Shown here one piece after another: positions 33,359-44,579 of a stretch of 64,000 bases of DNA. The translations under genes and the position numbers were made by a program. A model generated the notes under the pieces. It worked only from the letters and a program-made list of their open reading frames with translations. It searched no databases and was not told where the DNA came from. Every line of letters starts with the position of its first letter. Position 1 is the first letter of the stretch. Source of the stretch: an uncultured Prochlorococcus sp. (lineage in GTDB: Bacteria; Cyanobacteriota; Cyanobacteriia; PCC-6307; Cyanobiaceae); contig CACNSV010000002.1 in assembly GCA_902623195.1 (NCBI GenBank), forward strand, positions 38,036-102,035, given 5' to 3'.

Positions 33359-35017
33359 CTATACTGGAGAAATTATTTTCTTCACTGCATTTTTAGCTAA
33401 TTTTAAAGGGCTAAATGTATCAGTAAGCAGAGTGAATAATTTTTCTGCATCATTTAATTCAATTTTATCATTTTTTATTAGACTTAGTAAGAGGTTTTTT
33501 CTTACTTCTGATCCCTTGTTGCTGACAAATAACTTTAGGCTTGCATTTGCTACTGGTATTAAATCAGCATTAATATCTACAGAATCTTTAAAAAGAATAT
33601 TTAAAAGGCTTTCTAATTTATCAACTTGAATTCTCCCATTCTTATCAAAAATTACTTCAAGTAATATATCAACAATTTCATCTGAATTATCTGTTAAAAG
33701 TTTCTTCGCAATGTATGGATAGGCTATACTCACAATTTTAAACTCAGGGTCTAGTCTAAGAGCTAAGCCTTCCTGGCTAACAACTGCTCTAATTATTAGT
33801 GCAAATCTACTAGGGACTCTAAAAGGATAATCATACATTAATTTTGAAAATTTATCCGTGATCTCTTTAAAATTAAAATTTCCTACCTCTTTACCAAGAG
33901 AATCTCCTAATACTTCTTTAAGAGGTTTAACTAGTGACTCAAGATCTTGATCTTCACTTAAGAAACCTAATTTTTGGAAGTCTTTTGCTAACAATAGAAA
34001 CTCATTATTTATTAGATGAACGATAGCTTTAATTAGGGTTAATCTATCAAAATCAGAAATGGAATCCATCATCCCAAAATCAACATAAGCAATATTCCCA
34101 TTATTTTGATCCCCACCTTTAAGAGCAAACATATTCCCAGGATGAGGATCTGCATGAAAATATCCATGTTCAAAGAGTTGTTGAAGGCCGCTAATAACCC
34201 CCGTTCTAATAAAAGAAGATGGTATTAATCTGTTCTGTTCAATTTCTTTGCGGTCCTTTAATTTAACCCCTTCTATCCAAGATGTAGTGATTACTTTTTT
34301 TGAAGAAAAAGATTTTTCTACTTTTGGGATGATGACTTGTGGATTATTTTTAAATAATTTTGCAAATCTTTCTGCATTAATTGCTTCTTTCTCATAATTA
34401 ATCTCTTCGAACAAAGCCCTGCCAAATTCATCGATTATTTCTCCAATCCCTACCCCTATATTTAAAGGTAAAAAAGGAGCTAAAAAGTTTGCTAGTAATT
34501 TTAAAATAACAACATCTCTTCTTATTATAAATTCTAAATTTGGCCTTTGAACCTTAACTGCAACATAATAATTACCATTTACCTTGGCTTTATAAACTTG
34601 TCCAAGACTTGCTGAAGCTATTGGTTTATTAGGAAATTCATCAAATAAAATGTTTACTGGAGAACCAAGTTCTTTTTCTACGATTTTTAAAGCGATTTTA
34701 TGCTCAAATGGTGGTAAATTATCTTGTAAATTTGTTAGCTCAGTAAGCCAATCTTGTCTAACTAAATCTGGTCTTGTAGATAACGCCTGTCCAAGTTTTA
34801 TATAACAGGGTCCTAAATCAGTTATTACGTTAAAAAGATATTTTGAGAGGTCTTTTTGAACTTTTTTATCTTTACTTGAACCTTGAAATAATAATCTTAA
34901 TGTAAAGAAAAAAATAGTTAAAAGTATATAAATAACTCTAGGGATTAGTATCCATGGTCGTAATAAAAGCCAAATGAGATTTTTGTTTGGAGTATATTGC
35001 ATTTCTGAATCATTCAT
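33359..35017 (-). CDS. ABC1/UbiB (AarF) atypical kinase family protein
   Basis: LGPCYIKLGQ, ASASLGQVY, VAVKVQRP, FHADPHPGN, DFGMM. Confidence 0.93.
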   Translation of the reverse strand: MNDSEMQYTPNKNLIWLLLRPWILIPRVIYILLTIFFFTLRLLFQGSSKDKKVQKDLSKYLFNVITDLGPCYIKLGQALSTRPDLVRQDWLTELTNLQDNLPPFEHKIALKIVEKELGSPVNILFDEFPNKPIASASLGQVYKAKVNGNYYVAVKVQRPNLEFIIRRDVVILKLLANFLAPFLPLNIGVGIGEIIDEFGRALFEEINYEKEAINAERFAKLFKNNPQVIIPKVEKSFSSKKVITTSWIEGVKLKDRKEIEQNRLIPSSFIRTGVISGLQQLFEHGYFHADPHPGNMFALKGGDQNNGNIAYVDFGMMDSISDFDRLTLIKAIVHLINNEFLLLAKDFQKLGFLSEDQDLESLVKPLKEVLGDSLGKEVGNFNFKEITDKFSKLMYDYPFRVPSRFALIIRAVVSQEGLALRLDPEFKIVSIAYPYIAKKLLTDNSDEIVDILLEVIFDKNGRIQVDKLESLLNILFKDSVDINADLIPVANASLKLFVSNKGSEVRKNLLLSLIKNDKIELNDAEKLFTLLTDTFSPLKLAKNAVKKIISPV

Positions 35018-35083
35018 TTGATTAACGATAGCGAAAAGAGCAAATAATCTTTACATCAATTCTATAAGAGTCAAAATTACTTT

Positions 35084-36481
35084 ATGAGTATTTCATCTTT
35101 TCTAAGAAAAAAGTTTTCTAGATCTCTCTTTTTCCCCTCGCATAATAGAGGTAAAGCTCTTCCAAAAAAATTAGTTCAATTGCTATATGAAGATCCTGGT
35201 GTTTGGGACCTTCCTGAATTACCTGAGCTTGGATCTCTGTTTTCTGATTTTGGTTTAATTAAAGATTCTCAAGATTATTTTGCAAGAAAATTTGCTGTTA
35301 ATAGTTGTTGGTTTGGAGTAAATGGTGCATCAGGATTATTACAATCGTCAATTCTATCAATGGCTAATTCAGGAGAATATATTCTGCTACCAAGGAATAT
35401 CCATATTTCTGTTATCAAAATTTGTATTGTTGCAAATATAATTCCTATATTTTTTGATCTTGAGTTTTCAGATATTACTGGTCAATATTTGCCAATTAAA
35501 AAAGAATGGCTTAAAAAAATATTAAATAACAATTTGCTAAATAATATTAAAATAGCTGGAATCGTTTTAGTTAATCCCCATTATCAAGGTTATTCCTGTG
35601 AAATTGAAGCTTTAGTTGAACTTTGTCATCGATTTGAAATTCCTGTTCTTGTGGATGAAGCACATGGATCTTACTTTTTATTTTGCGAAAATTCTGATCT
35701 ACCAAATTCAGCTGTTAATGCTAAAGCTGACTTGGTAGTTCATTCTTTGCATAAATCACTTAATGGATTAACTCAGACTGCTATGTTGTGGCATCAAGGT
35801 GACATTATTGATAAAAGTAATCTAGCTAGAAAGATTAATTTACTTCAAACTACAAGTCCAAATTCTTTACTTTTAGCTTCTTGCGAAGAATCTCTTAAAG
35901 ATTGGTTGGAAAAAGATAGTCTTGAAAAATACAAAAAAAGGATAAGTGAAGCAAAAAATATTTACAGTGAACTTGTTTCGAAAGATGTACCACTGATAAA
36001 AACAGATGATCCATTAAAAATTGTCTTAAATACTGGTTCTTATGGAATTGATGGTTTTACTGCAGATAAGTTTTTTTACAAAAAAGGAATTATTTCTGAA
36101 TTACCAGAAATGATGACTGTGACTTTTTGTTTAGGATTTGTGGAACAAAGAAATTTTATCGATATGTTTGAAAATTTATGGAAAAGTTTACTTTCATCAA
36201 TAATTGAAAGAAAGGAACTTAAACCAATTAAACCGCCATTTAGTTTAATTCAAATTCCAGAAATACCTCCTTCAGAAGCTTTGCTAAAAGATATTCAGAA
36301 AGTAAGTCTTCATCAATCAATTGGCAAGATTTCTGCTGATATTATTTGCCCCTATCCTCCAGGAATACCTCTAGCTATCCCTGGAGAAAGGATTGAAAAA
36401 GAGAGAGTTGATTGGTTGATTAAACAAGGATTAATGGGAGAAAACCTGTTAGATTTTTATATAAACGTACTTAACACTTAA
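35084..36481 (+). CDS. PLP-dependent Orn/Lys/Arg decarboxylase family protein
   Basis: DLPEL, NGAS, RNIHIS, LVDEAHG, HSLHKSL (PLP Lys), QTTSP, PYPPGIP. Confidence 0.9.
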   Translation: MSISSFLRKKFSRSLFFPSHNRGKALPKKLVQLLYEDPGVWDLPELPELGSLFSDFGLIKDSQDYFARKFAVNSCWFGVNGASGLLQSSILSMANSGEYILLPRNIHISVIKICIVANIIPIFFDLEFSDITGQYLPIKKEWLKKILNNNLLNNIKIAGIVLVNPHYQGYSCEIEALVELCHRFEIPVLVDEAHGSYFLFCENSDLPNSAVNAKADLVVHSLHKSLNGLTQTAMLWHQGDIIDKSNLARKINLLQTTSPNSLLLASCEESLKDWLEKDSLEKYKKRISEAKNIYSELVSKDVPLIKTDDPLKIVLNTGSYGIDGFTADKFFYKKGIISELPEMMTVTFCLGFVEQRNFIDMFENLWKSLLSSIIERKELKPIKPPFSLIQIPEIPPSEALLKDIQKVSLHQSIGKISADIICPYPPGIPLAIPGERIEKERVDWLIKQGLMGENLLDFYINVLNT

Positions 36482-36491
36482 AAAATATTTT

Positions 36492-37361
36492 ATGAGATTT
36501 AAAAGTGGTTTAATTATTGGTGTCTTTGGTCTTGTAGTTGTAGTCCTTGGTGATTTCTATTTTGCTATTGGTATTACTGTCCTCACTTATTTGGCTTTAT
36601 TAGAGTTATTTAGAATGGCAGAATTTACTGGTATTAAGCCTGCAACAAAAACTACGTTGTTTTCATGCTTCATTCTCATTATTTCAACTTATCTTGAATT
36701 AAAAGGAATAATTGGGGAAGAGATCTCAAATGCAATTTTGCCAATTTCTTCAATTGGTATATGTACATGGTTATTACTTCAGCCAAAGCCAGGTAAAATT
36801 TCTGATATTGCAACTTCTATTTTTGGTTTGTTTTATTTAGGTTTTTTACCGAGTTATTGGATAAGATTAAGGGAATTAGATTCTATTTTTATAAGTTCAA
36901 AATATGAAGGGAACGGATTCTCTGACTTAGGATATATTTCTGGATTTAATATAACTTTAATTTCATGCTTGATTATTGTTTCTAGTGATATTGGTTCTTA
37001 TATTTTCGGTAAAATTTTTGGAAAAAAATCTCTTTCACCTATATCTCCCAGTAAAACAGTTGAAGGTTTAATAGGAGGTATATTTTGCTCTGTTTCAACA
37101 GGAATTATTTTTAGTTATCTATTTAATTGGAATAATTATTTTCTCATAGGAACTTTATTTGGAATAATAATTTCTTTGATGGCTCTAGTAGGAGATTTAA
37201 TTGAATCAATGATGAAAAGGGATGCTAAATTAAAAGATTCTGGTAATTTATTGCCAGGGCATGGTGGAATACTTGATAGAATAGATAGTTATATTTTTAC
37301 ACCATCATTAATATATTATTTTATTATCTTTCTTGATTTATTGAGGGGCATAACTAATTGA
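36492..37361 (+). CDS. cdsA: Phosphatidate cytidylyltransferase
   Basis: Polytopic membrane protein with SDIGSY, ISPSKTVEG, KRDAKLKDSG, PGHGGILDRIDS. Confidence 0.95.
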   Translation: MRFKSGLIIGVFGLVVVVLGDFYFAIGITVLTYLALLELFRMAEFTGIKPATKTTLFSCFILIISTYLELKGIIGEEISNAILPISSIGICTWLLLQPKPGKISDIATSIFGLFYLGFLPSYWIRLRELDSIFISSKYEGNGFSDLGYISGFNITLISCLIIVSSDIGSYIFGKIFGKKSLSPISPSKTVEGLIGGIFCSVSTGIIFSYLFNWNNYFLIGTLFGIIISLMALVGDLIESMMKRDAKLKDSGNLLPGHGGILDRIDSYIFTPSLIYYFIIFLDLLRGITN

Positions 37362-37939
37362 ATATTATTTTTGAACTTAATTCAAGTTCGATGTAATTCT
37401 CATGAAAAATTAAATTCTTTACAATAATATTCTTATCATTTAATATTAAAAGTTTTTCTTGATTAATATTATTTACCAGTAAAATACTATCTTAATATAC
37501 ATCAAAGTATAAGACATATTCTTATTAGGAAATCCATCTGAGCTAATGAAGTAAATTAATTGATTATTAATTTCGATACTCTGAAAACTCGTTAAAACAA
37601 TTGATTCTATTGAAGTTTTTAACTTTTCCCATTTAATATCAAATAAGGTTTTATTTATATTATCTTTGGTTAGTTTCATATATATTGAGGGAAAAATTTT
37701 TTGAAGAAAATTACTTTATTATTAAATGCGAATCTTATAAATAAATCTCTTATATTACTGTTTATATTACTTATATTAATTTTATTAAAAATTATACTTT
37801 CTGCTTTTATATGTAATTCGTCTATTATTCAGCTTAATTTATTATTTTTACTTACTATTTGGATATCTTTAATTATTATGTCCTCGCATATAATTTTTAA
37901 TGTAGTTTTAATTCCTAATCTAATTAATTTAGGAATCAT
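37354..37939 (-). pseudogene. Disrupted DUF2993/LmeA-like gene (1 nonsense codon and 2 frameshifts)
   Basis: From ATG 37939: MIPKLIRLGIKTTLKIICEDIIIKDIQIVSKNNKLS-TGA(37829-31)-IIDELHIKAESIIFNKINISN..., a frameshift near 37685-37705 into ...SIYMKLTKDNINKTLFDIKWEKLK..., and a second frameshift near 37490 into DSILLVNNINQEKLLILNDKNIIVKNLIFHENYIELELSSKIIFN*. The pieces fill the intergenic gap exactly. The family call rests on motif resemblance and recalled synteny. Confidence 0.7.
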
Positions 37940-37944
37940 ATTCT

Positions 37945-38844
37945 TTAATTGAGTAAAAAATCTAGTATCATTTTTTCGGTAAGTTGTGGTAAATCTAAGT
38001 GTGGAAGATGTCCGCAGTTCTTAAGTTTTACTAAATTTAAATTATTTATCTTTTGAAATTTATTTAATTCACCAATACCAAGTATCTTATCATTTTCTCC
38101 ACATATTGTTTTTATTTTGATATTTTGTAAGTTTTTATAAGTTCCTCCGAAACCTCCACTTTTAGCAAAGCATGCTAAGGAGTTTCGCCATCCTTTACAA
38201 CCTAAATGTATAGATGCTATTTGTTCTTCAGCGACCCCAACGCTTTTATCAGGAGAAGCAAAAGCTTGGCGACAAAGATTCTTCCTCACTGTCGGCAAAC
38301 CAAGAAATGCCGCACCCATTTGGTTAAAGGGCCTGGGTATTTTTTTTGGTTTTGTAAATAAACCTGCTGGGGACAAAAGTACCATTTTATTTATATCTCC
38401 CTTTATTTTTTTTGTTAAAGAAAACGCAACTGAACCTCCCATAGATGCTCCAAGAATATTAATTTTTTTATTAATTTCTAATTTATTTATTATGTCAGTT
38501 AAATTCAAAATTATATTTTCAGAATTATAATTTATGCCTGATATTCTTGGGGAGAATCCAAATCCTAATAAATCAGGGATAATTAATTTAAATTTATTTT
38601 TTAATAAGGGATATATCCTTCTGAACTCTAAAAAACTACTATCAAAACCATGTAGACACAATAAAGGAGGACCTTCACCTCCAATTACTACTGGAAACTT
38701 TGATGCACCCCATCTTTTTTCTAATTGTAACCAATGTAAATCTTCAGTTATGTTTTTCCCTAAAGGATCAATTATCGAATTCTTTAATTTCATAAAATAG
38801 TCAAAGTTAGAGCTATTTATATCTTTCTCAATATATGAATTCAA
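37945..38844 (-). CDS. Alpha/beta-fold hydrolase
   Basis: LHGFDS, PDLLGFG, nucleophile GASMGG, GEND, CGHLPH. Confidence 0.92.
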   Translation of the reverse strand: MNSYIEKDINSSNFDYFMKLKNSIIDPLGKNITEDLHWLQLEKRWGASKFPVVIGGEGPPLLCLHGFDSSFLEFRRIYPLLKNKFKLIIPDLLGFGFSPRISGINYNSENIILNLTDIINKLEINKKINILGASMGGSVAFSLTKKIKGDINKMVLLSPAGLFTKPKKIPRPFNQMGAAFLGLPTVRKNLCRQAFASPDKSVGVAEEQIASIHLGCKGWRNSLACFAKSGGFGGTYKNLQNIKIKTICGENDKILGIGELNKFQKINNLNLVKLKNCGHLPHLDLPQLTEKMILDFLLN

Positions 38845-38850
38845 AATAAT

Positions 38851-39942
38851 TTAAATTGTTATCTTCTCTGATTCAAATTTTGAGATTACGTGAATAATAT
38901 CTTCTTTTGAAAATTCAAAAGGAAGAAAATGTATTTCAGATTCTTTTCTGCATGTGAAAGAAGCTATTTTTAGAAGATTATCATTTTCAAAAACGTTAAT
39001 ACCAAGTTCTAAAATAGTGGTTGGTAAATTTAATTTTCTCATGAATTTAACTAATTGATTTATAGATTGATTTGCTAATTTATTATTATTTTTGCTTTCT
39101 TCTAATCTTAATTGGATTAGGATCCCAACTCCCACAATCTCACCATGTAGTGGTTGCTTACTTGAAGCTATTTGTGTAATTGCATTATGAATAGCATGTG
39201 CTGCGGCTGTTCTACATTTTTCTCCACCAATGCCCCCAATAAGGCCAGCTGTTAGACAATTTGCTTCCACTACATTACACCATGCTAGATTATCTTCTGA
39301 TTGATTGTTATAGGCATCTTCACCTTGAATAAATAATTGATCTCTTAGAACTCGCGAAATTTGTATGGCATGTTGAATAATGCCATCATTATTTAAGGAA
39401 CTTGTAATAGATGATTCATACCATTTTGCTAATGAATCAGCTATTCCACTAGATAATGTTTTTTTAGGAGCTGAATTTATAAAAGAATGATCGCAAACTA
39501 ATATTTCTGGACAAGATTTAAGTTTTATATCTTTAACAAATTTTCCATCGGCAGTATAAATATTTCCTAAGGCTGTCCAGCCTGCACATGTTGAAGCACT
39601 TAAAGGAACTGTAATGCATGGCACTGAGAGATATTCTGCTAATAGCTTACCTGCATCTAAAACTTTCCCACCACCTGCAGTAATAATTGAATCGCATTTA
39701 TGCTCAATTGCAAGATTATAAATTCTTTTTAAATCCTTTTCGCAGCAATCAAATTCTAATTCAGAATTATAAACTTTCAGATTTAATTGGCTTAAATCTT
39801 TAGACATTAGTGATCTTATAGATCTTGTTATATAACTTCTTCCTAGAAGCAGAGGAGATTTACAGATCCTTACGATTTCCGGTAAAGATTTTTTCCATGC
39901 ATTTTTACCTCTAATAACTTTATCTGGAGAGATTATCTGCAT
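38851..39942 (-). CDS. Glycerol dehydrogenase-like, iron-containing alcohol dehydrogenase family
   Basis: AGGGKVLDAGK, SASTCA, GIADSLAKWYE, AAAHAIHNA, HGEIVG. Confidence 0.88.
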   Translation of the reverse strand: MQIISPDKVIRGKNAWKKSLPEIVRICKSPLLLGRSYITRSIRSLMSKDLSQLNLKVYNSELEFDCCEKDLKRIYNLAIEHKCDSIITAGGGKVLDAGKLLAEYLSVPCITVPLSASTCAGWTALGNIYTADGKFVKDIKLKSCPEILVCDHSFINSAPKKTLSSGIADSLAKWYESSITSSLNNDGIIQHAIQISRVLRDQLFIQGEDAYNNQSEDNLAWCNVVEANCLTAGLIGGIGGEKCRTAAAHAIHNAITQIASSKQPLHGEIVGVGILIQLRLEESKNNNKLANQSINQLVKFMRKLNLPTTILELGINVFENDNLLKIASFTCRKESEIHFLPFEFSKEDIIHVISKFESEKITI

Positions 39943-39956
39943 TTAGCTATTTCTAA

Positions 39957-42485
39957 TTAAAAATTAGCTCCAGCAAGCTCTTGAGGTGACTCTTCAGGTG
40001 AGATCTTTACCGTAACTTTTTTATTTTCATCCACATCAACCAGGGCTAAATCTCCATCTTTAATTCGACCTGAAAGGACTTCTTCAGCAAGACTATCTTC
40101 GAGCAACCTCATTACGGCCCTTCTAAGAGGTCTTGCTCCATATGAAGGATTATACCCTTCTTCTACGAGTCTTTCTTTGAATGCATCTGTTACGGTTAAT
40201 TTTATGCCTTTTTCATTAATTCTAGAAAAAACTTCTTTTAGCATTATTTCTGCAATGTCTTTAACTTCATCTTTTGTTAATTGCCTGAAAACAATTATTT
40301 CATCTAATCTATTTAAAAATTCAGGTCTAAAATATTGTTTTAACTCTTCATTAACTAGAGATTTAATACGGTTGTATTGACTATCCTCAACAGATTCTCC
40401 TGAAAATTCAAAGCCAAGACCTCCTCCACCTTTTTCAATAACTTTTGAACCAATATTAGATGTCATTATCAATAATGTGTTCTTAAAGTCAACTGTTCTT
40501 CCTTTGGAGTCAGTAAGTCTACCTTCCTCAAGTAATTGTAATAGTAAGTTAAATACGTCAGGATGAGCTTTCTCAACTTCATCGAATAAAACTACTGTGT
40601 ATGGCCTTCTTCTAACGGCTTCTGTTAATTGTCCTCCTTCGTTAAAACCTACATAACCTGGAGGAGATCCTATTAGTTTACTTACAGTGTGTCTTTCCAT
40701 AAATTCAGACATATCTAGTCTTATCATTGCATCTTCACTTCCAAAGAAATAAGAAGCAAGTGCTTTGGTTAATTCTGTTTTACCAACTCCAGTAGGTCCA
40801 GAAAAAATAAAACTTGCAATTGGCCTATTTGGATTTTTCAAACCAACTCTTGCACGTCTAATTGCTCTTGATACAGCTTTGACTGCTTCATCTTGACCTA
40901 TAAGCCTTTTATGAAGAGTGTCTTCCATATTAAGAAGTTTTACTGACTCAGTTTCAGTTAATTTCTGAACAGGTACTCCTGTCCAAGAAGCAACTATGTG
41001 AGCAACATCTTCTTCACTTACAACAGGATTTTGATCAACATTGAGTGAAACTTCTGAAGGATTATCATCTTTAGAAACATTGCTTTCGCTTTGATTTTCT
41101 TTCTTGTTTTCTAATAATTCCTTTATTTTAGAAGATAATTCAATCTCCTTTTCCCTTAATTGTCCTGCTTGATCAAAATTTTGTTCTCTAACAGATTCCT
41201 CTTTTTGTTTCTGGATCTCTCTTAATTCTTTATCAATTTGTTTAGCCTCAGGAGGAAGTTTTGAATTAATTAGTCTAACTCTACTTCCAGCTTCATCTAT
41301 AAGGTCGATTGCTTTGTCAGGTAAAAATCGATCAGATATATATCTATCCCCTAAGTGAGCTGCAGCGTTAAGAGCTTCGTCAGTAATTTTCAATCTGTGG
41401 TGTTGTTCATATCTTTCTCTCAAACCTTTAAGAATCTCAATAGTGTCATCTATGGACGGCTCTCCAACCATCACTGGTTGAAATCTCCTCTCAAGTGCTG
41501 CATCACGTTCTATGTGCTTTCTATATTCGTCAAGAGTAGTGGCTCCAATACATTGAAGCTCTCCTCTAGCTAATGCAGGTTTTAGAATATTAGCAGCATC
41601 TATAGCTCCTTCCGCAGCACCTGCTCCAATTAGTGTATGAACTTCATCAATAACTAAAATTACATTGCCTGCAGATTTTATTTCTTCCATTATTTTTTTC
41701 AATCTTTCTTCAAATTCTCCTCTATATTTTGTTCCTGCGACTAAAAGACCTATATCTAGAGTAAGAACTCGTTTGTCTTCCAAAATATCAGGAATTTCGC
41801 CTTGTTGAATTCTCTGGGCTAAGCCTTCTGCAATAGCTGTTTTTCCAACACCAGGCTCGCCTATTAAAACAGGGTTATTTTTAGTTCTTCTACCGAGTAT
41901 TTGCACAACTCTATCTATTTCGGCATGTCTACCAACGACTGGGTCTAGTTTTGATTCACTAGCTAGTTTTGTTAGATTTGTACCGAATTCATCTAATGTT
42001 GCAGTTTTTATATTGCTTTTGCTGGAACCGGCTCCAGGTCCAACTTCAGCTGTTTCTCCAAGCATTCTTATAACTTGTGTTCTCACTTTAGTTAAATCTA
42101 TTCCCAAATTCTCAAGAACCCTAGCTGCTACCCCTTCACCCTCTCTTATCAATCCTAAAAGTAAATGTTCAGTACCAATATAATTATGACCAAGTTGACG
42201 TGCTTCTTCTAAAGAAAGTTCAAGAACTCTTTTTGCTCTTGGTGTAAAAGGTATTTCAACCGCTACAAAGCCTGAACCTCTTCCAATAATTTTTTCAACT
42301 TCAATTCTAGAATCTTTTAAATTTACTCCTAAAGACTTCAAAACCTTAGCAGCTACACCTGTTCCTTCCCCAATCAGTCCTAAAAGAATTTGTTCTGTTC
42401 CAACAAAGTTATGGCCAAGTCTTCTTGCTTCTTCTTGAGCAAGCATTATGACTTTAATAGCTTTTTCGGTGAATCTTTCAAACAT
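39957..42485 (-). CDS. clpC: ATP-dependent Clp protease ATP-binding subunit ClpC
   Basis: MFERFTEKA Clp-N domain, Walker A motifs GEPGVGKT and [11 protein letters not shown]-type middle domain, LGF ClpP-binding loop. Confidence 0.97.
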   Translation of the reverse strand: MFERFTEKAIKVIMLAQEEARRLGHNFVGTEQILLGLIGEGTGVAAKVLKSLGVNLKDSRIEVEKIIGRGSGFVAVEIPFTPRAKRVLELSLEEARQLGHNYIGTEHLLLGLIREGEGVAARVLENLGIDLTKVRTQVIRMLGETAEVGPGAGSSKSNIKTATLDEFGTNLTKLASESKLDPVVGRHAEIDRVVQILGRRTKNNPVLIGEPGVGKTAIAEGLAQRIQQGEIPDILEDKRVLTLDIGLLVAGTKYRGEFEERLKKIMEEIKSAGNVILVIDEVHTLIGAGAAEGAIDAANILKPALARGELQCIGATTLDEYRKHIERDAALERRFQPVMVGEPSIDDTIEILKGLRERYEQHHRLKITDEALNAAAHLGDRYISDRFLPDKAIDLIDEAGSRVRLINSKLPPEAKQIDKELREIQKQKEESVREQNFDQAGQLREKEIELSSKIKELLENKKENQSESNVSKDDNPSEVSLNVDQNPVVSEEDVAHIVASWTGVPVQKLTETESVKLLNMEDTLHKRLIGQDEAVKAVSRAIRRARVGLKNPNRPIASFIFSGPTGVGKTELTKALASYFFGSEDAMIRLDMSEFMERHTVSKLIGSPPGYVGFNEGGQLTEAVRRRPYTVVLFDEVEKAHPDVFNLLLQLLEEGRLTDSKGRTVDFKNTLLIMTSNIGSKVIEKGGGGLGFEFSGESVEDSQYNRIKSLVNEELKQYFRPEFLNRLDEIIVFRQLTKDEVKDIAEIMLKEVFSRINEKGIKLTVTDAFKERLVEEGYNPSYGARPLRRAVMRLLEDSLAEEVLSGRIKDGDLALVDVDENKKVTVKISPEESPQELAGANF

Positions 42486-42667
42486 TACATGTTGAGTTCC
42501 TATTAATAACCTACCAGTATTGAGCCTGTTTTGTGTTCAGAATGAGCTTTTGTGAATACCTAATGTATTTTTTACTTTGACCAAATACTACATTATCAGC
42601 GGGATTGGCTTAATTCACTAGTGTTTCATGGATTCTGGTTATCCGCACAATAAGAAAATTTAATTAT

Positions 42668-43105
42668 TTATTTAACATTTTTTTTCTTTAAAAGAGCATC
42701 TGTGCCATCTTTATAATATTTTTTCCTAATGCTTATTGTTTTAAATCCTAAATTATCATAGAAGCTTAAGGCTGGCTGATTTTTTTGTGAAACTTCTAAA
42801 AAAATTCTTTTGATATTTTCCTTTTTGCATTCTTTTAAGGTTTGATAAATTAATTTTTTACCTAAACCTGTTCTTTTGTAAGAGGGATGAATTGATAAAT
42901 ATCTTATTTCTGCTTCATCATATATTTTGTGAATAACGCATACTCCTACTAGTGAGTTATTAAAAAATATTCCTATTGCAGTTATGTATTCCTTTTCAAG
43001 CTCTTTTTCCCATTGGTTTTTATTCCAATGTTTTATCGATTTTAAATCTAGTTCGTAACAGCTTTTTGAGTCTTTAGTTTCTACCTTACTTATATTTATC
43101 ATCAT
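42668..43105 (-). CDS. rimI: RimI-like GNAT acetyltransferase
   Basis: KRTGLGKKL, FLEV, N..A..FY..LGF, RKKYYKDG. Confidence 0.8.
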   Translation of the reverse strand: MMINISKVETKDSKSCYELDLKSIKHWNKNQWEKELEKEYITAIGIFFNNSLVGVCVIHKIYDEAEIRYLSIHPSYKRTGLGKKLIYQTLKECKKENIKRIFLEVSQKNQPALSFYDNLGFKTISIRKKYYKDGTDALLKKKNVK

Positions 43106-43178
43106 TTTTGATGCCTAAAATAATAAAAGTTTTTCTTAATTGATAAACTTATATAGTATCTTTGAAAATGTTTAAAAA

Positions 43179-44549
43179 ATGAAAGAAAAAAGCTCATTTA
43201 TTAATAATAAAATTGACTTTCAAAGCCCTAATAAAAATATTGTACCCTTAACTACCACAATTAAAAATGATCAGTTATTAATTGGAGGATGTTCAGTAAC
43301 ACGTTTAATAGAGAATTACGATTCACCATTATATATTTTAGATGAATTGACTTTGAGAAACTCTTGTAAAGCATATAAAAATGCACTTGATAAATATTAT
43401 CCTGGTAATTCTCTTCCTATCTATGCATCTAAAGCCAATAGTTCCTTATTTATGAGTAATTTGATATCTTCTGAGGGATTTGGACTTGATGCTGTTTCGG
43501 AAGGAGAACTATTAACAGCACTAAAGGGTGGTGTATCCTGCGAAAAAATTGTTTTTCATGGTAATAATAAATCTGATAAAGAATTAGAGTTTGCCCTAAC
43601 AAATAAAATTAAAGTCGTTGTAGATAATAATTATGACTTGGAGAGGATGATAAGTTTTTCTGAATCTTTAGACAGAAAAATCAACATAATGATCAGATTC
43701 ACACCTGGAATAGAATGTCATACTCACGAATATATTAGAACTGGATCTTTTGACAGTAAATTTGGATTTGGCTTGGAAAATTTAGCCTACGTGTTTGAAG
43801 AAATTAATAAAGTCAAAAACTTAGAGTTAGTTGGTTTACATGCTCATATAGGTTCCCAAATATTTGAATTGGAACCTCATAGAGATTTGGGCGAAATATT
43901 AGTCAATTATGCAATTGATGCTCAAAAATATGGCCATCAAATACAGGAATTAAATGTTGGTGGAGGTTTAGGAATTAAATATACAAATGAAGATGATCCT
44001 CCTTCAATTGAGGATTGGGTGAAAACAGTATCTGAATCAGTATCAAAAGCATGTAATAAAAATAATTTTGAATTACCACTACTTATGTGTGAACCTGGTA
44101 GATCAATAGTTTCGACTGCAGGAGTAACTATATATAAAATTGGTTCATTTAAAGAGATTCCAGGATTGAAAACATATATATCTGTTGATGGGGGAATGAG
44201 TGATAATCCAAGACCAATTACCTACCAGTCAAATTATTCTGCTTGCTTAGTAAATGATCCCCTTAATAAAAATCATAAAAGCAAATATACAATAGCTGGA
44301 AAGCATTGTGAGTCTGGGGATGTTTTATTTAAAGAAATTGAAATTGGAAACTGTAAAACTGGAGATTTATTATGTGTTTTTGGAACAGGGGCTTATAACC
44401 TATCAATGAGTTCAAATTATAATAGGATCCCGAGACCTGCAGCATTATTAGTTTCAAATGGTAATGCTGAATTAATTCAGAGAAGAGAAACTCCTGAAGA
44501 TCTATTAAAATTTGATGTCCTGCCAGATCGCTTTATTAAACAATCTTAG
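43179..44549 (+). CDS. lysA: Diaminopimelate decarboxylase
   Basis: YASKAN, SKFG, HAHIGSQ, EPGRS, HCESGD, GAY. Confidence 0.96.
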   Translation: MKEKSSFINNKIDFQSPNKNIVPLTTTIKNDQLLIGGCSVTRLIENYDSPLYILDELTLRNSCKAYKNALDKYYPGNSLPIYASKANSSLFMSNLISSEGFGLDAVSEGELLTALKGGVSCEKIVFHGNNKSDKELEFALTNKIKVVVDNNYDLERMISFSESLDRKINIMIRFTPGIECHTHEYIRTGSFDSKFGFGLENLAYVFEEINKVKNLELVGLHAHIGSQIFELEPHRDLGEILVNYAIDAQKYGHQIQELNVGGGLGIKYTNEDDPPSIEDWVKTVSESVSKACNKNNFELPLLMCEPGRSIVSTAGVTIYKIGSFKEIPGLKTYISVDGGMSDNPRPITYQSNYSACLVNDPLNKNHKSKYTIAGKHCESGDVLFKEIEIGNCKTGDLLCVFGTGAYNLSMSSNYNRIPRPAALLVSNGNAELIQRRETPEDLLKFDVLPDRFIKQS

Positions 44550-44579
44550 GTAAGTTTAAAATAAGTATTTAAATTTAAT

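Noticed and set aside
37473-37952. ORFs 37473-37679 (-) and 37701-37952 (+) as stand-alone small genes
   Set aside because: The first is the middle fragment of the pseudogene. The second is an Ile/Leu-rich antisense shadow of its AT-rich 5' part.
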